A stretch of DNA of 64,000 nucleotides from Bacteriovoracaceae bacterium. GTDB lineage: Bacteria > Bdellovibrionota > Bacteriovoracia > Bacteriovoracales > Bacteriovoracaceae. Shown one piece after another: positions 31,329-40,881 of the stretch (the first letter of the stretch is position 1; each line of letters opens with the position of its first letter). The stretch is taken from NCBI GenBank assembly GCA_018649885.1, contig JABIHA010000062.1, positions 1 through 64,000 on the forward strand, in the 5' to 3' direction. The notes below the pieces were generated by a model. That model was not told where the DNA came from, made no database searches, and saw only the letters and a list, made by a program, of their open reading frames with translations. Both the position numbers and the translations under genes were made by a program.

Positions 31329-32243
31329 ATGAAAATTTATCATTTTCTTATAGCCATTACTGTAGCTTCTAGCTCAATTTATGGAAGAGTAGATCCAGAT
31401 ATTGTCTACGGCGATGATAATCGGTTAGATTTTTTTGAAGTAGGTGACTCTAAAAAACAAGAGCAAATGCGCTCAACTGCTGGAATGGTCTATAATCTTC
31501 AAATTCAAAAAAAAGATGATGGAAGTTTTCAGGTTCAATCTCCAGGCTCAATTAAAGATGTATATAACTTGTGCAAAGATGAGAAATTTATCAACCAGCC
31601 AGTACTTACTTTTTGTAGTGGCTTTCTTGTGTCCCCAGACAAAATTGTAACAGCAGGACACTGCTTTAAATTATTTGATGAAGATATGTGCAAAGAAGCT
31701 TCATGGGTTTTTGGCCTAAATATTAAAAATAGTGAAGATCTGGGCATTCGAGTTAGTGCAGATGATATTTATAAGTGCAAAAAAGTTATTGTGGCGGAAA
31801 TGAATGAAGATAACCTTAGAGATTTTGCTGTTATTCAATTGGATAGAAAGGTCGTGGATAGAGACCCACTTGATATCAGAACAAGTGGAATAGTTGATAT
31901 TACTGAACCACTTTATGTTATCGGAACACCCTCGGGTCTTCCTCAAAAGCTGGCAACTGGATCAACTGTACGAAAAAATTCGAATCCTTATTACTTTGAG
32001 GCAAATCTAGATACCTTTGGTGGAAATAGTGGTTCTGCCGTATTTAATATTAAGACAGATGAGGTTGAAGGGATTTTAGTGAGGGGAAGACAAGACTATG
32101 TACTGAGTGATCCAAGCGATGAATCAAGTTGCTTAAAAGTGAATACATGTGATCAAAATGGGCTTAATTGCAGGAACAAAAGCGGAAATTCTGATGAATT
32201 TGAGCATGTTTCTCGGATTTCTGAAATCTTAAAGTATCTATAG
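31329..32243 (+). CDS. Secreted trypsin-like (V8-type) serine protease
   Basis: Signal peptide; CSGFL, TAGHC, DFAVI, GGNSGS. Confidence 0.9.
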   Translation: MKIYHFLIAITVASSSIYGRVDPDIVYGDDNRLDFFEVGDSKKQEQMRSTAGMVYNLQIQKKDDGSFQVQSPGSIKDVYNLCKDEKFINQPVLTFCSGFLVSPDKIVTAGHCFKLFDEDMCKEASWVFGLNIKNSEDLGIRVSADDIYKCKKVIVAEMNEDNLRDFAVIQLDRKVVDRDPLDIRTSGIVDITEPLYVIGTPSGLPQKLATGSTVRKNSNPYYFEANLDTFGGNSGSAVFNIKTDEVEGILVRGRQDYVLSDPSDESSCLKVNTCDQNGLNCRNKSGNSDEFEHVSRISEILKYL

Positions 32244-32307
32244 CGTTCTCAGTCCTAATATCAGTGTTATAATAGTTGGGTAACACTATATGCTGAGATA
32301 TATCTAA

Positions 32308-34713
32308 ATGCACTTTTCCACTGCGTATGCGATTATATTGCTTTTACTTCCAAGTTTAGGACTTTCCGGCAGTTGTGAGCTAGCGGGCCTTCCTAAAAAA
32401 GTAGCATGTCCTAAAAGAAAGCTTCCAAACTTGGTTTCCTATAGACCCTTTAGTAATAATTACGAAAGGGCAGTGGATGAAAAAGAAAACTCCATAGCCG
32501 CTCTTGGTTCTGCTGAAATTGAAGAATACGCTGTGGGCGGTGATGGTGAGGGCTATGACGTTCTGGTGGATAGAAATAAGGCCGTGGTGGGCATTGAGAA
32601 ATCTGAATGGAGAAGTTGTGTAAAAACTCTCTTTCAAGTCGACTGGAATAGGTATCATTACGAGTCAACTGAGGCCTTGTCCATTCATCCTTCTTATTGG
32701 CTCTTTCGAGCTGGCTCTTACTTAGCAAATAGTTTAACAGATGACGAAAGTCAGGTGATTAAAGTTCTCCATCCAGAAAGATTCATGAGGGGAGATTTTG
32801 CTCAAATTCGCTTTCGTGCACATATTGGAAATTTATGGAGAAGGGTTGAGTATGTTCAAGTCCTTTATGTGAACATGAAAAATCATGAGTTAGTCGTGAG
32901 AAGAAAAATGGGACACGGCAAACTAAAAAATACGGTTATTCCAAAAAAGGGGTGGAAAGAGTTTGTAGATAGGAAACCTTATATTGCTCCAATTTATTCA
33001 ACTAATGGGAGCAGCTTTTGGCATTTAAATTTGTCCGAAAGTTATAAGGAAAGAGTTCCTGGTCTTATATCACCAAATAAATACTATCAACAGTACTTAG
33101 AGAGTCTTTGGGAGAGAAGCCCTTCAAAGGGGGGACTTGGTAAATTAATTGATGGATTTTCATTTTCAAAGTTTTATCCAAACTTATCCCACATTATCAC
33201 TAGTGCTGAAAGGTCCTTTGATTTAAATAATGATACGAAATTTGATAATGGATTTTTTAAATCAAAAATTGGTAGCACCTTTGAGTCAGGAGTGCGGAAT
33301 TTCTTGGCCAGGCTTGATACCAGCCTAGATAAGAAGAGTTGCGGAGAAGATATTAATTTATTAGTTGAGTCAGAAAACTTAGACCATCATTTAATGTCCT
33401 TTAAAGGGGCCTCAGGTTCCATGCTCTTTAGTCCAGCAGATGAGAGCTATATTGAAGAATTTGCAAGTTTTAGAAATTACCTAGAAGTTGGATCTAGCTT
33501 AAATAAATCTCAAACCGGTCATTTGAAAACAGTTATGTCCAGTGAGGCAACGCCTTGGTACCCATGTAATGATTTTGATAATGAGAACTTATCAAAAAAA
33601 TCTCTTGGACAGTTTTATCACTATGATAATTCAGCTTTTCGAATTGGAGTATCTAGTGCTCTCTTATTTGATCAATACCATGCTTATATATCATCATTCT
33701 TAAATGAAGATCTAGACCAAGTCTGCTTGAACTTTGCAGAAGACGAGTCAGATGAAACGAGAATGCCTGTTGAAGAGGGATCACTATTTTTTGATTGGGA
33801 AGAGTATAGCGGGGGTAATCTTTCTAGTAAAACACCAAGGGGAAAAAATGATTGGGAGTGGTTAGGACTCCCTCACCCCAGAAACCGTCATCCAAAAAGA
33901 ATTGAAAAATTAAAGTATAATAAAAACAAAGTTGTCGGCAAGCAATGGAAAGTTGAGTATATAAAGGCAGATGGTGATTACATTTCGAGTAATTACTTTA
34001 ATTCTATTTTCCCCAAAGCTCCAAAGTCAGCATGGGGAAACAGTATTGTTATTGGTAAAATGCCTCTGCCCAGCTTTATATTGTCTCGTGCATACCCTCA
34101 TATCTCATCTGCCAGAATCGTCGCAAATTTTGAGAAGTTAAGATGTAAAAGTAAAAATTGTAAAAGAACTCTAATATTCGAAGTGAGAGCAAAGCATATT
34201 AAAAATGTAAAATCTCCTGCAAGGTTGATGAGAAAATTTAAAGTGGTAGTTCCTCTAAATAAAACTCACTACTCAGATTTCATGGCGGCTGTACCAATTG
34301 ATGGCAAGTGGCACCAATTTAGATTTGATTTTACTATCGGAAACACAAGCCTTAGATCATTTCATATCGAGTCTGGGGAGAGTGTTGGATCTTTTGAAAT
34401 TAAAAGAGATAGTCTTGTTATTAAATCAAGTGAGTATGAGAGATGGGTTAGGTACTTTGAAAACGGTGCTGTTATTTTAAATATGGGAGAGGACTCTGAC
34501 TCTAGAGCGCCTAAAATAAAGTATTGCCTCGATGAAAGGGCTTCAAAAACTAAGTCGTTTTGTAAAATTGATGGGATAATAAATGATTCGAATAACCTTG
34601 TGATAAACAATTCAAGTCTTGGAAAGAAAAATAAGCGTGGATATTATACATGTTTTGAAGTCCCTAGTAATGATGCTCTCATTGTTCGACACTGTGATAA
34701 ATCAGAAATTTAA
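32308..34713 (+). CDS. Large secreted hypothetical protein, possibly glycoside-hydrolase-like
   Basis: Signal peptide; near the C-terminus WVRYFENGAVILN resembles the tail of putative GH15-like (GHL15) proteins. Confidence 0.55.
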   Translation: MHFSTAYAIILLLLPSLGLSGSCELAGLPKKVACPKRKLPNLVSYRPFSNNYERAVDEKENSIAALGSAEIEEYAVGGDGEGYDVLVDRNKAVVGIEKSEWRSCVKTLFQVDWNRYHYESTEALSIHPSYWLFRAGSYLANSLTDDESQVIKVLHPERFMRGDFAQIRFRAHIGNLWRRVEYVQVLYVNMKNHELVVRRKMGHGKLKNTVIPKKGWKEFVDRKPYIAPIYSTNGSSFWHLNLSESYKERVPGLISPNKYYQQYLESLWERSPSKGGLGKLIDGFSFSKFYPNLSHIITSAERSFDLNNDTKFDNGFFKSKIGSTFESGVRNFLARLDTSLDKKSCGEDINLLVESENLDHHLMSFKGASGSMLFSPADESYIEEFASFRNYLEVGSSLNKSQTGHLKTVMSSEATPWYPCNDFDNENLSKKSLGQFYHYDNSAFRIGVSSALLFDQYHAYISSFLNEDLDQVCLNFAEDESDETRMPVEEGSLFFDWEEYSGGNLSSKTPRGKNDWEWLGLPHPRNRHPKRIEKLKYNKNKVVGKQWKVEYIKADGDYISSNYFNSIFPKAPKSAWGNSIVIGKMPLPSFILSRAYPHISSARIVANFEKLRCKSKNCKRTLIFEVRAKHIKNVKSPARLMRKFKVVVPLNKTHYSDFMAAVPIDGKWHQFRFDFTIGNTSLRSFHIESGESVGSFEIKRDSLVIKSSEYERWVRYFENGAVILNMGEDSDSRAPKIKYCLDERASKTKSFCKIDGIINDSNNLVINNSSLGKKNKRGYYTCFEVPSNDALIVRHCDKSEI

Positions 34714-34844
34714 TTGTGAATAGTTTCACGTCTGATGAAAAATGGAAATTTTACAATTACCAATTGATTCAAAAAGCAAACTTTACTTTATTAAAAATAT
34801 TGGATAATTCTTAAAAATAAGAACAGCAATATTTGGGAGTTTTA

Positions 34845-35099
34845 ATGAAATATAATTTTTTAGCACTACTAGTATTTTCTATTTTTTGTAATGTAAGCTC
34901 AGCTAAATGTTATACAGCTTGTTTGGATTATTGTGGAACTTCAACATGTTGTGATCGGGAAGTAGTCTGTCCTGACGAAGAGCTCACTGAACCAACAAGG
35001 AGTTTTGATTACAAAAATACTAATGCACTCAAAACTTCAAAAGAAAACACTCAAGAACAAATAATATGTTTTAATGATAAGAGCCTTGTAGAGCTGTAG
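34845..35099 (+). CDS. Small secreted Cys-rich protein
   Basis: GGAG RBS, signal peptide, then CYTACLDYCGTSTCCDREVVC. Confidence 0.65.
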   Translation: MKYNFLALLVFSIFCNVSSAKCYTACLDYCGTSTCCDREVVCPDEELTEPTRSFDYKNTNALKTSKENTQEQIICFNDKSLVEL

Positions 35100-35124
35100 G
35101 TAGTTCTAATAGGTTGTGATTTAG

Positions 35125-36183
35125 TTAGACAGAATCGAGACCTGGAATATAGAGTGGTTTCCAAAAATCTTTGAACTCTTTTGCTGGTTCTGGGCCGAAG
35201 AGATATTGTAAGAACTCTTTAGGTTTGAAGTAATAAACCTTTCTATTGAAATGAGCGGCTACCTGCTCGTCTGTAACTCCTATAATTTCAATTTGTCCCT
35301 CAGAAAATGTGCTAACTATTTCTTTGAAAATATCTGGATTTCCGATTCGGGTCAGGCCCATATATTTAAGAGTCCAATTATCTGGAACATTGCTTGTTTC
35401 ATGATGCCAAACTTTTGCATTTTCAAGCGTTTTTATTAAATCACTTTCATTATCAACACTTCCTACCTCATGGATAATTCCGTCAAGGTCTTGGCCTTTG
35501 CCTAAAAAGAAGTAATCTCTAAGATCACCTTCAGGATCTTTTTTTATGAAGAGGTCTGTTGAAGTAATTGACTCAATTAGCTCCCAATCTTTTTCATCAC
35601 GATCGATAGTGAATAAATGGTCTGAGTGCTTATGATAAATACCTTTTAAAATATCTTTATTTTTTTCATCTAGCTTTTTAAGGCTATGTTTTCTGAAACC
35701 TAGTCTATAGGCTTCTTCTTCGATGTTTTGCCATATACCAAGGCTTTCCATTTGGCCAAAGCTTAAATGAAAATCAAATTTTTCGTACATATCAAAGAGA
35801 TCAGACCACAAAAAGAAAAGCCCAAATTTAGAATGATATTTTTCGAGTACATTTTGAAAAAAGACTTTAAATAGGCCTCTGCCTCTATATTCTTCATCAA
35901 GAGCAATTCCACCTAAAAATATAATGGGATAAGATTTTTCTTTAAAGATCATTTTTTTAGGTAAGAACCCAATATGTCCTATGAGCTTGTCATCTTTAAT
36001 TAAAATTTGGCAATTGTGAAGATTTGACTTGTGCACAAGTGGCAGAAAATCAATCTTATATGAGTATTTGTCTGTGTAATGAAAAGACTTCTCGATCAGT
36101 GATAGAGCATCTTCCACCAGTTCTGGCCGGTGTAAAAGGGTGGTGATTGTGAATGGTTCAACTACTTTTGCCTTGGTCATCAC
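35125..36183 (-). CDS. GNAT-family N-acetyltransferase (Eis-like architecture)
   Basis: LGGIALDEEYRGRGLF acetyl-CoA motif, MYEKFDF, C-terminal LYIPGLDSV. Confidence 0.82.
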   Translation of the reverse strand: MMTKAKVVEPFTITTLLHRPELVEDALSLIEKSFHYTDKYSYKIDFLPLVHKSNLHNCQILIKDDKLIGHIGFLPKKMIFKEKSYPIIFLGGIALDEEYRGRGLFKVFFQNVLEKYHSKFGLFFLWSDLFDMYEKFDFHLSFGQMESLGIWQNIEEEAYRLGFRKHSLKKLDEKNKDILKGIYHKHSDHLFTIDRDEKDWELIESITSTDLFIKKDPEGDLRDYFFLGKGQDLDGIIHEVGSVDNESDLIKTLENAKVWHHETSNVPDNWTLKYMGLTRIGNPDIFKEIVSTFSEGQIEIIGVTDEQVAAHFNRKVYYFKPKEFLQYLFGPEPAKEFKDFWKPLYIPGLDSV

Positions 36184-36335
36184 TATCTATATTAATGATT
36201 AATTGGAGATCTATAAAGTAGGTCAAATATGGGTAGGTAAAATTTGCCGTCAGGAAATTGTAGCCTAGCTGTTTAATTAGTTTTCAGTTAGTTAGGAATT
36301 TTTTTGAAAACTGTAAAACTTTTAAGCAGTAATCG

Positions 36336-36362
36336 TAAAGTTTTTTAACACTAGGTCGAATA
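36336..36362 (+). promoter_or_regulatory. sigma28 (FliA) promoter of flagellin
   Basis: TAAA-N15-GTCGAATA about 100 bp upstream of fliC; the leader has a TCAC-AGGAA-GTGA hairpin (36419-36431). Confidence 0.8.
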
Positions 36363-36460
36363 GGTTTATGAAGGAGCTTACCCAATAGTCATTTCTATTG
36401 GGTTGGGCCTCCCTGTCTTCACAGGAAGTGATAACAGGTCCTAAATCAAGGAGGAAACTT

Positions 36461-37309
36461 ATGGGACTTCGTATTAATACGAACGTCGCCTCGATTAACG
36501 CTCAGAGGAATTTGCGACTGACGCGTGTATCGATGGACAAAACACTTGAGAAGTTGTCGTCAGGACAACGGATCAACCGAGCAGGAGATGACGCCGCAGG
36601 TCTCGCAATCTCGGAAAACCTTAAGGCCCAGGTCAGGGGTTTGAATCAAGCAGAACGAAATGCACAAGATGGTGTTTCACTGGTTCAAATTGCTGAAGGT
36701 GGTTTATCTGAAATCTCTAACATTCTTATTAGACTTAGAGAACTAGCAGTGCAAGCTGCCTCAGACACTATCGGGCCAACTGAACGAAAGTTCCTCAATG
36801 TTGAATTTGAGCAACAGACTTCAGAAATTGACCGTATCGCCGGATCCACCGAATTCAACAGAGTGCCACTATTAAATGGTACTGGTGCTGTCTTCGACAT
36901 CCAAATTGGTACGAGAAACGATCCTATTAGTGACCGTTTAACGTTTGACGCTTCAAGTGCAGACGTGAATGTGGCCGCATTAGGGTTAAACCTTGCTTCA
37001 GTTGCCGATAAGATTTCTGCACAGAACTCCTTATCCGCCATTGATCAGGCCATTATTTCGGTGTCTGCCATCAGAGCAGATTTTGGTGCCCTCCAAAATC
37101 GATTGCAGTCGACTATTAACAACATCGCAGTGAGCGTTGAAAACTTGTCATCCGCCAATTCAAGAGTCAGGGACACTGACATTGCCGCGGCCACAGCAGA
37201 GCTGACAAAGAACAACATACTCATGAATGCAGGTACCTCGGTCCTTGCGCAAGCGAACCAGTCGACCATGAGTGCTCTGAAACTCATTGATGCTGCTAGT
37301 ACCGCTTAA
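36461..37309 (+). CDS. fliC: Flagellin (short, 282 aa)
   Basis: MGLRINTNV, LSSGQRINRAGDDAAGLAISE, GALQNRL, SRVRDTD; AGGAGG RBS before ATG 36461. Confidence 0.97.
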   Translation: MGLRINTNVASINAQRNLRLTRVSMDKTLEKLSSGQRINRAGDDAAGLAISENLKAQVRGLNQAERNAQDGVSLVQIAEGGLSEISNILIRLRELAVQAASDTIGPTERKFLNVEFEQQTSEIDRIAGSTEFNRVPLLNGTGAVFDIQIGTRNDPISDRLTFDASSADVNVAALGLNLASVADKISAQNSLSAIDQAIISVSAIRADFGALQNRLQSTINNIAVSVENLSSANSRVRDTDIAAATAELTKNNILMNAGTSVLAQANQSTMSALKLIDAASTA

Positions 37310-37552
37310 TAAAGTAAGCGATTACTTTTAAGCATTAAGTTGTTCGATCTAACCCATAAGTGGGTCGGACTAGAGTAAAAAATTATCCTGCAACAGCAGT
37401 TGAGTACTTAGGTACTTGGTGCTGATTAGACGTGGGGCTGACTAATGGTTTATCCGTCAGCTTGTGTAAAGAGTTTATTATTAACCAAAGGACAGTAGGT
37501 CCGCTATTACATTAAACATGGAGGTTTATTTATGCTAGACGGAGACTAAATT

Positions 37553-38386
37553 ATGGGATTACGAATAAATACAAACGTACAAAGTCTATCGGCTCAACGG
37601 TCGTTAGGACAAACAAGACGTAGACTTGAAGACAATATGAGAAAGCTATCTTCCGGTGAGCGTGTTACGCGCGCAGCAGATGACGCCGCTGGTTTGGCCA
37701 TTAGTGAAAAACTAAAAAGTCAGATCAGGAGTGCTAGACAAGCAAAAAGGAATGCAGGTGATGCGACATCGCTTATACAGGTTGCAGAAGGTTCACTCTC
37801 AGAGATTTCTAGTATTATTATTAGACTCAGAGAACTGTCCATCCAATCTGCCAACGATACGTTATCAGATCAGGAGCGTGCCTTTTCGGACATTGAATTT
37901 CAAAATCTCAAAGATGAGATTGATCGAATTTCAAAAAGCACTCAGTTTAACGACGTCAAACTTTTGGATGGGACAGGAGGTACACTTGATTTTCAAGTTG
38001 GACTCTATAATGACCCCATACTGGATAGATTTCAGTTCGATACAACGGAAAACGATGCTACGCTTGAAAACTTGGCCTTGCCAGTACACACTGTTTCGAC
38101 AAAGTTGGGTGCACAACAGGCACTTGGAACACTCGATAATGCTCTTGTTAAGATTTCAGGAATTAGAGCAAATTTGGGTGCAATTCAAAACAGACTGGCA
38201 TCCACTGTTAACAACTTATCGGTGGTTGATGAAAACCTCTCTGCTGCGAACTCGCGGATTAGAGATGTGGACGTCGCTTCAGAAACGGCTCACTTCACAA
38301 AGAATAACATTCTTATGGAGGCCGGTGTGTCGATATTAGGTCAAGCTAATCAGAAGCCAGGTATGGCTCTAAAACTACTAGGATAA
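37553..38386 (+). CDS. fliC: Flagellin (short, 277 aa), tandem paralogue
   Basis: MGLRINTNV, AADDAAGLAISE, GAIQNRL, SRIRDVD. Confidence 0.97.
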   Translation: MGLRINTNVQSLSAQRSLGQTRRRLEDNMRKLSSGERVTRAADDAAGLAISEKLKSQIRSARQAKRNAGDATSLIQVAEGSLSEISSIIIRLRELSIQSANDTLSDQERAFSDIEFQNLKDEIDRISKSTQFNDVKLLDGTGGTLDFQVGLYNDPILDRFQFDTTENDATLENLALPVHTVSTKLGAQQALGTLDNALVKISGIRANLGAIQNRLASTVNNLSVVDENLSAANSRIRDVDVASETAHFTKNNILMEAGVSILGQANQKPGMALKLLG

Positions 38387-38405
38387 ACCAATTTTATACC
38401 CACGC

Positions 38406-38441
38406 ACCCTTGCTCAAAACTGAGCAAGGGTTCTTTTCTTT
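38406..38441 (+). terminator. Intrinsic terminator after the flagellin pair
   Basis: ACCCTTGCTCA-AAAC-TGAGCAAGGGT followed by TCTTTTCTTT. Confidence 0.88.
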
Positions 38442-38533
38442 CCCTCAGTTAAATAAAATTTGTTTAGTACCTATCCTCTTTAAAAGGATGGCGTATAATA
38501 ACATTTTTGTTGGGTAAGGGATAGATCTTGGTA

Positions 38534-38550
38534 GTATCATATGATACCAT
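38534..38550 (+). promoter_or_regulatory. 14-bp palindrome overlapping an extended -10 of the fic gene
   Basis: GTATCATATGATAC perfect palindrome; TG-A-TACCAT 6 nt before the ATG. Confidence 0.5.
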
Positions 38551-38556
38551 CAAGTA

Positions 38557-39522
38557 ATGAGTCCTCCTTTTACTATTTCAAACAAAATTATTAATCTCGT
38601 GTCTCAGATTGTAAGAGAGCTTGGGAAAATTGAAGCTTGCCAATTAGGTACCCCAGACCCTCAACTTAGAAAGCAAAATCGCATAAAGACGATACAAGCA
38701 ACTCTTTCGATTGAAGGTAATACTTTATCATTAGATCAAATGACAGCAGTTCTCGAAGGTAAAAAGGTTTTAGGTCCCCAAAAAGAAATTGTAGAAGTTC
38801 AAAATGCGATAAAGTTATATGACAGAATACAATCGTTTAAACCTTTCGCAGTCAAAGATTTTTTAAAGGCCCATAAATTATTGATGGCATCACTAGTTGC
38901 ATCAGCAGGAAGTTTTCGGAGCAAAAACGTAGGGGTTCTTAAAGGGAGCAAGGTTTCTCATGTTGCTCCAAAACCAAGCTTGGTACCAGAGTTAATCGAA
39001 AAGCTTTTTAACTGGGCCAAGTCTGAAAAGGAACTTCACCCATTAATAAAATCTTGTATTTTTCATTATGAAATTGAGTTTATCCACCCCTTTGAAGATG
39101 GCAATGGGCGGATGGGGAGATTTTGGCAAAGTGTTTTACTTTCTAAGTTTGAGTCTATCTTCCTCTATATCCCAATAGAGTCATTGATAAAAGAAAATCA
39201 AAAAAAATATTATCAAGTATTAGAGCGAAGTGATAAATTAGGTGAGAGTACCATTTTTATTGAGTTCATTTTAGATCTTGTGTTGAATTCATTGAAAGAG
39301 TTTAGCGTTGGAATTAAGGGCGTAACTCTAGATAGTTTCGGGAGACTAAAACAGGCCCGGAATCATTTTGAAGATAATTTATTTTCAAGGAAAGAGTATA
39401 TGACCTTTTTCAAAAATATTTCTTCATCTACTGCCAGTCGTGATTTAAAAGTGGGCGGAGACCGCAAGATCCTTGAAAAGTCAGGTTTAAGAAATCAAAC
39501 AAAGTACAAGTTTAATGAGTAG
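38557..39522 (+). CDS. fic: Fic-family protein (class II, N-terminal inhibitory helix, C-terminal HTH)
   Basis: HPFEDGNGRMGR; TLSIEGN inhibitory motif; ISSSTASRDLK HTH-like tail. Confidence 0.9.
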   Translation: MSPPFTISNKIINLVSQIVRELGKIEACQLGTPDPQLRKQNRIKTIQATLSIEGNTLSLDQMTAVLEGKKVLGPQKEIVEVQNAIKLYDRIQSFKPFAVKDFLKAHKLLMASLVASAGSFRSKNVGVLKGSKVSHVAPKPSLVPELIEKLFNWAKSEKELHPLIKSCIFHYEIEFIHPFEDGNGRMGRFWQSVLLSKFESIFLYIPIESLIKENQKKYYQVLERSDKLGESTIFIEFILDLVLNSLKEFSVGIKGVTLDSFGRLKQARNHFEDNLFSRKEYMTFFKNISSSTASRDLKVGGDRKILEKSGLRNQTKYKFNE

Positions 39523-39800
39523 GAAAAAACATACTTGGAAAATTTGTAAACATATGTGTTGGAGTACGATGGTTATTCAGAAAAAGAGATATTGCTAAGT
39601 ACTATCTTAAAAAGGAGCTAAAAACTCAAAGCAGTTCATGGACAGGTTAAAAATCCGTTAATATATCTTTACAACAAAAATGAATGTATGGATCTATTTT
39701 TAGGATTTGAGCAGTGTCCTGATGCCCTTCAAAAGTATGATATTTTTAGGGGGAAATACTTAGAGTAGAGATATTTTTTAATAAAATAAATAAGATGCTC

Positions 39801-39827
39801 AACCAAAAGAACCAAAAGAACCAAAAG
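39801..39827 (+). repeat. 9-bp tandem repeat (AACCAAAAG)x3
   Basis: Read directly from the sequence. Confidence 0.9.
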
Positions 39828-39973
39828 TACGCCATCCTTTTGCGGATATGAAAATATTGTGTCACGGTTCACTTGCACTCAATTGTGAGCGCTTCTACTT
39901 TGACCTGGACTTGAACCTAGGTTTAGGTCTAGGCAAAAGTCAAAGATTAATTTGTGAAATGGTGCTCAGGACT

Positions 39974-40696
39974 TTAGGTGGAGAAGTAATCCCCATTCTG
40001 GGCCTCTTCACTATCAATATGGTAGTGGATAACTTTTTTAATTTTTTTATCTTGTCTTAGCAAATCAACCATAAATTTAAATTCTTTGGTATTAATTTGA
40101 ATATTTGCCTTTGTGATAACTTCCTTTTCAAGTTTTACATCCCATATATCAAGAATTTCAGCACTCTTTCTGGAAAAATGGCCCTTAATAAGATCAATAT
40201 AAGACCTATCAGAATAGATTTCGAGGTGAAAACATCTAGCAAAATTCATCGCTTTGTATATTGGATCTAAAATTCTAAGAACAAATAAAACTGTGAGGGT
40301 AAAAAGAGTTGCAATTATGGGGTATCCTGCACCTACAGTCATTCCAACAGCTGCTACCATCCAAATTGTCGCAGCTGTGGTTAGACCTGAAACAGAGCCT
40401 TTCCCGTGCATAATTGCGCCCGCCCCCAAAAAGCCAACACCACTAACAATTTGTGCAGCAGTTCTATTGGGATCATTAACACCTCCTTCATAAATAAGAA
40501 GAGAAACAGCAGTGTATAGTGTAGATCCTAGGCATATGAGTATATTAGTTTTTAGACCTGCAGATTTGAGTTTATTTTCTCTGTCTAAGCCGACGAGTGC
40601 TCCCAATATAAAGGAGGTGATCATTTCTAGCCCGAGACCCAAGTATGGGTTCATTTGACCTATCAATTCGATGTCAACTGGTTTTAAGTGAATCAT
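39974..40696 (-). CDS. mgtC: MgtC/SapB family membrane protein
   Basis: VGLDRE, AGLKT, DPNRTAAQIVSGVGFLGAGAI, GLTTAATIW. Confidence 0.9.
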   Translation of the reverse strand: MIHLKPVDIELIGQMNPYLGLGLEMITSFILGALVGLDRENKLKSAGLKTNILICLGSTLYTAVSLLIYEGGVNDPNRTAAQIVSGVGFLGAGAIMHGKGSVSGLTTAATIWMVAAVGMTVGAGYPIIATLFTLTVLFVLRILDPIYKAMNFARCFHLEIYSDRSYIDLIKGHFSRKSAEILDIWDVKLEKEVITKANIQINTKEFKFMVDLLRQDKKIKKVIHYHIDSEEAQNGDYFST

Positions 40697-40881
40697 TGTT
40701 ACCTCTTAGATACTTATTCGGCTAGATTATTCTTATGAGTAATAATTGCTGTTTAGAATATTGTGAAAGGAAAAAAATTCATTTTTTATAGTTAATAAAA
40801 AATCTCAAGTATTCACTCCTTATTGTTTGATTTCTTAAATGAGATACAATGGAAAGAAACATAGTTACTTCGGATGTTCTT

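Noticed and set aside
37731..38339. 202-aa alternative-frame ORF inside the second flagellin
   Set aside because: Fully overlaps fliC, has no motif or RBS, and is best explained as a shadow ORF.
39801..39827. CRISPR or iteron array
   Set aside because: Only three contiguous 9-bp units, with no spacers and no cas or rep gene.
40714..40742. sigma28 promoter for mgtC
   Set aside because: Good -10 (GCCGAATA on the minus strand) but no TAAA/TCAAG at the expected spacing.
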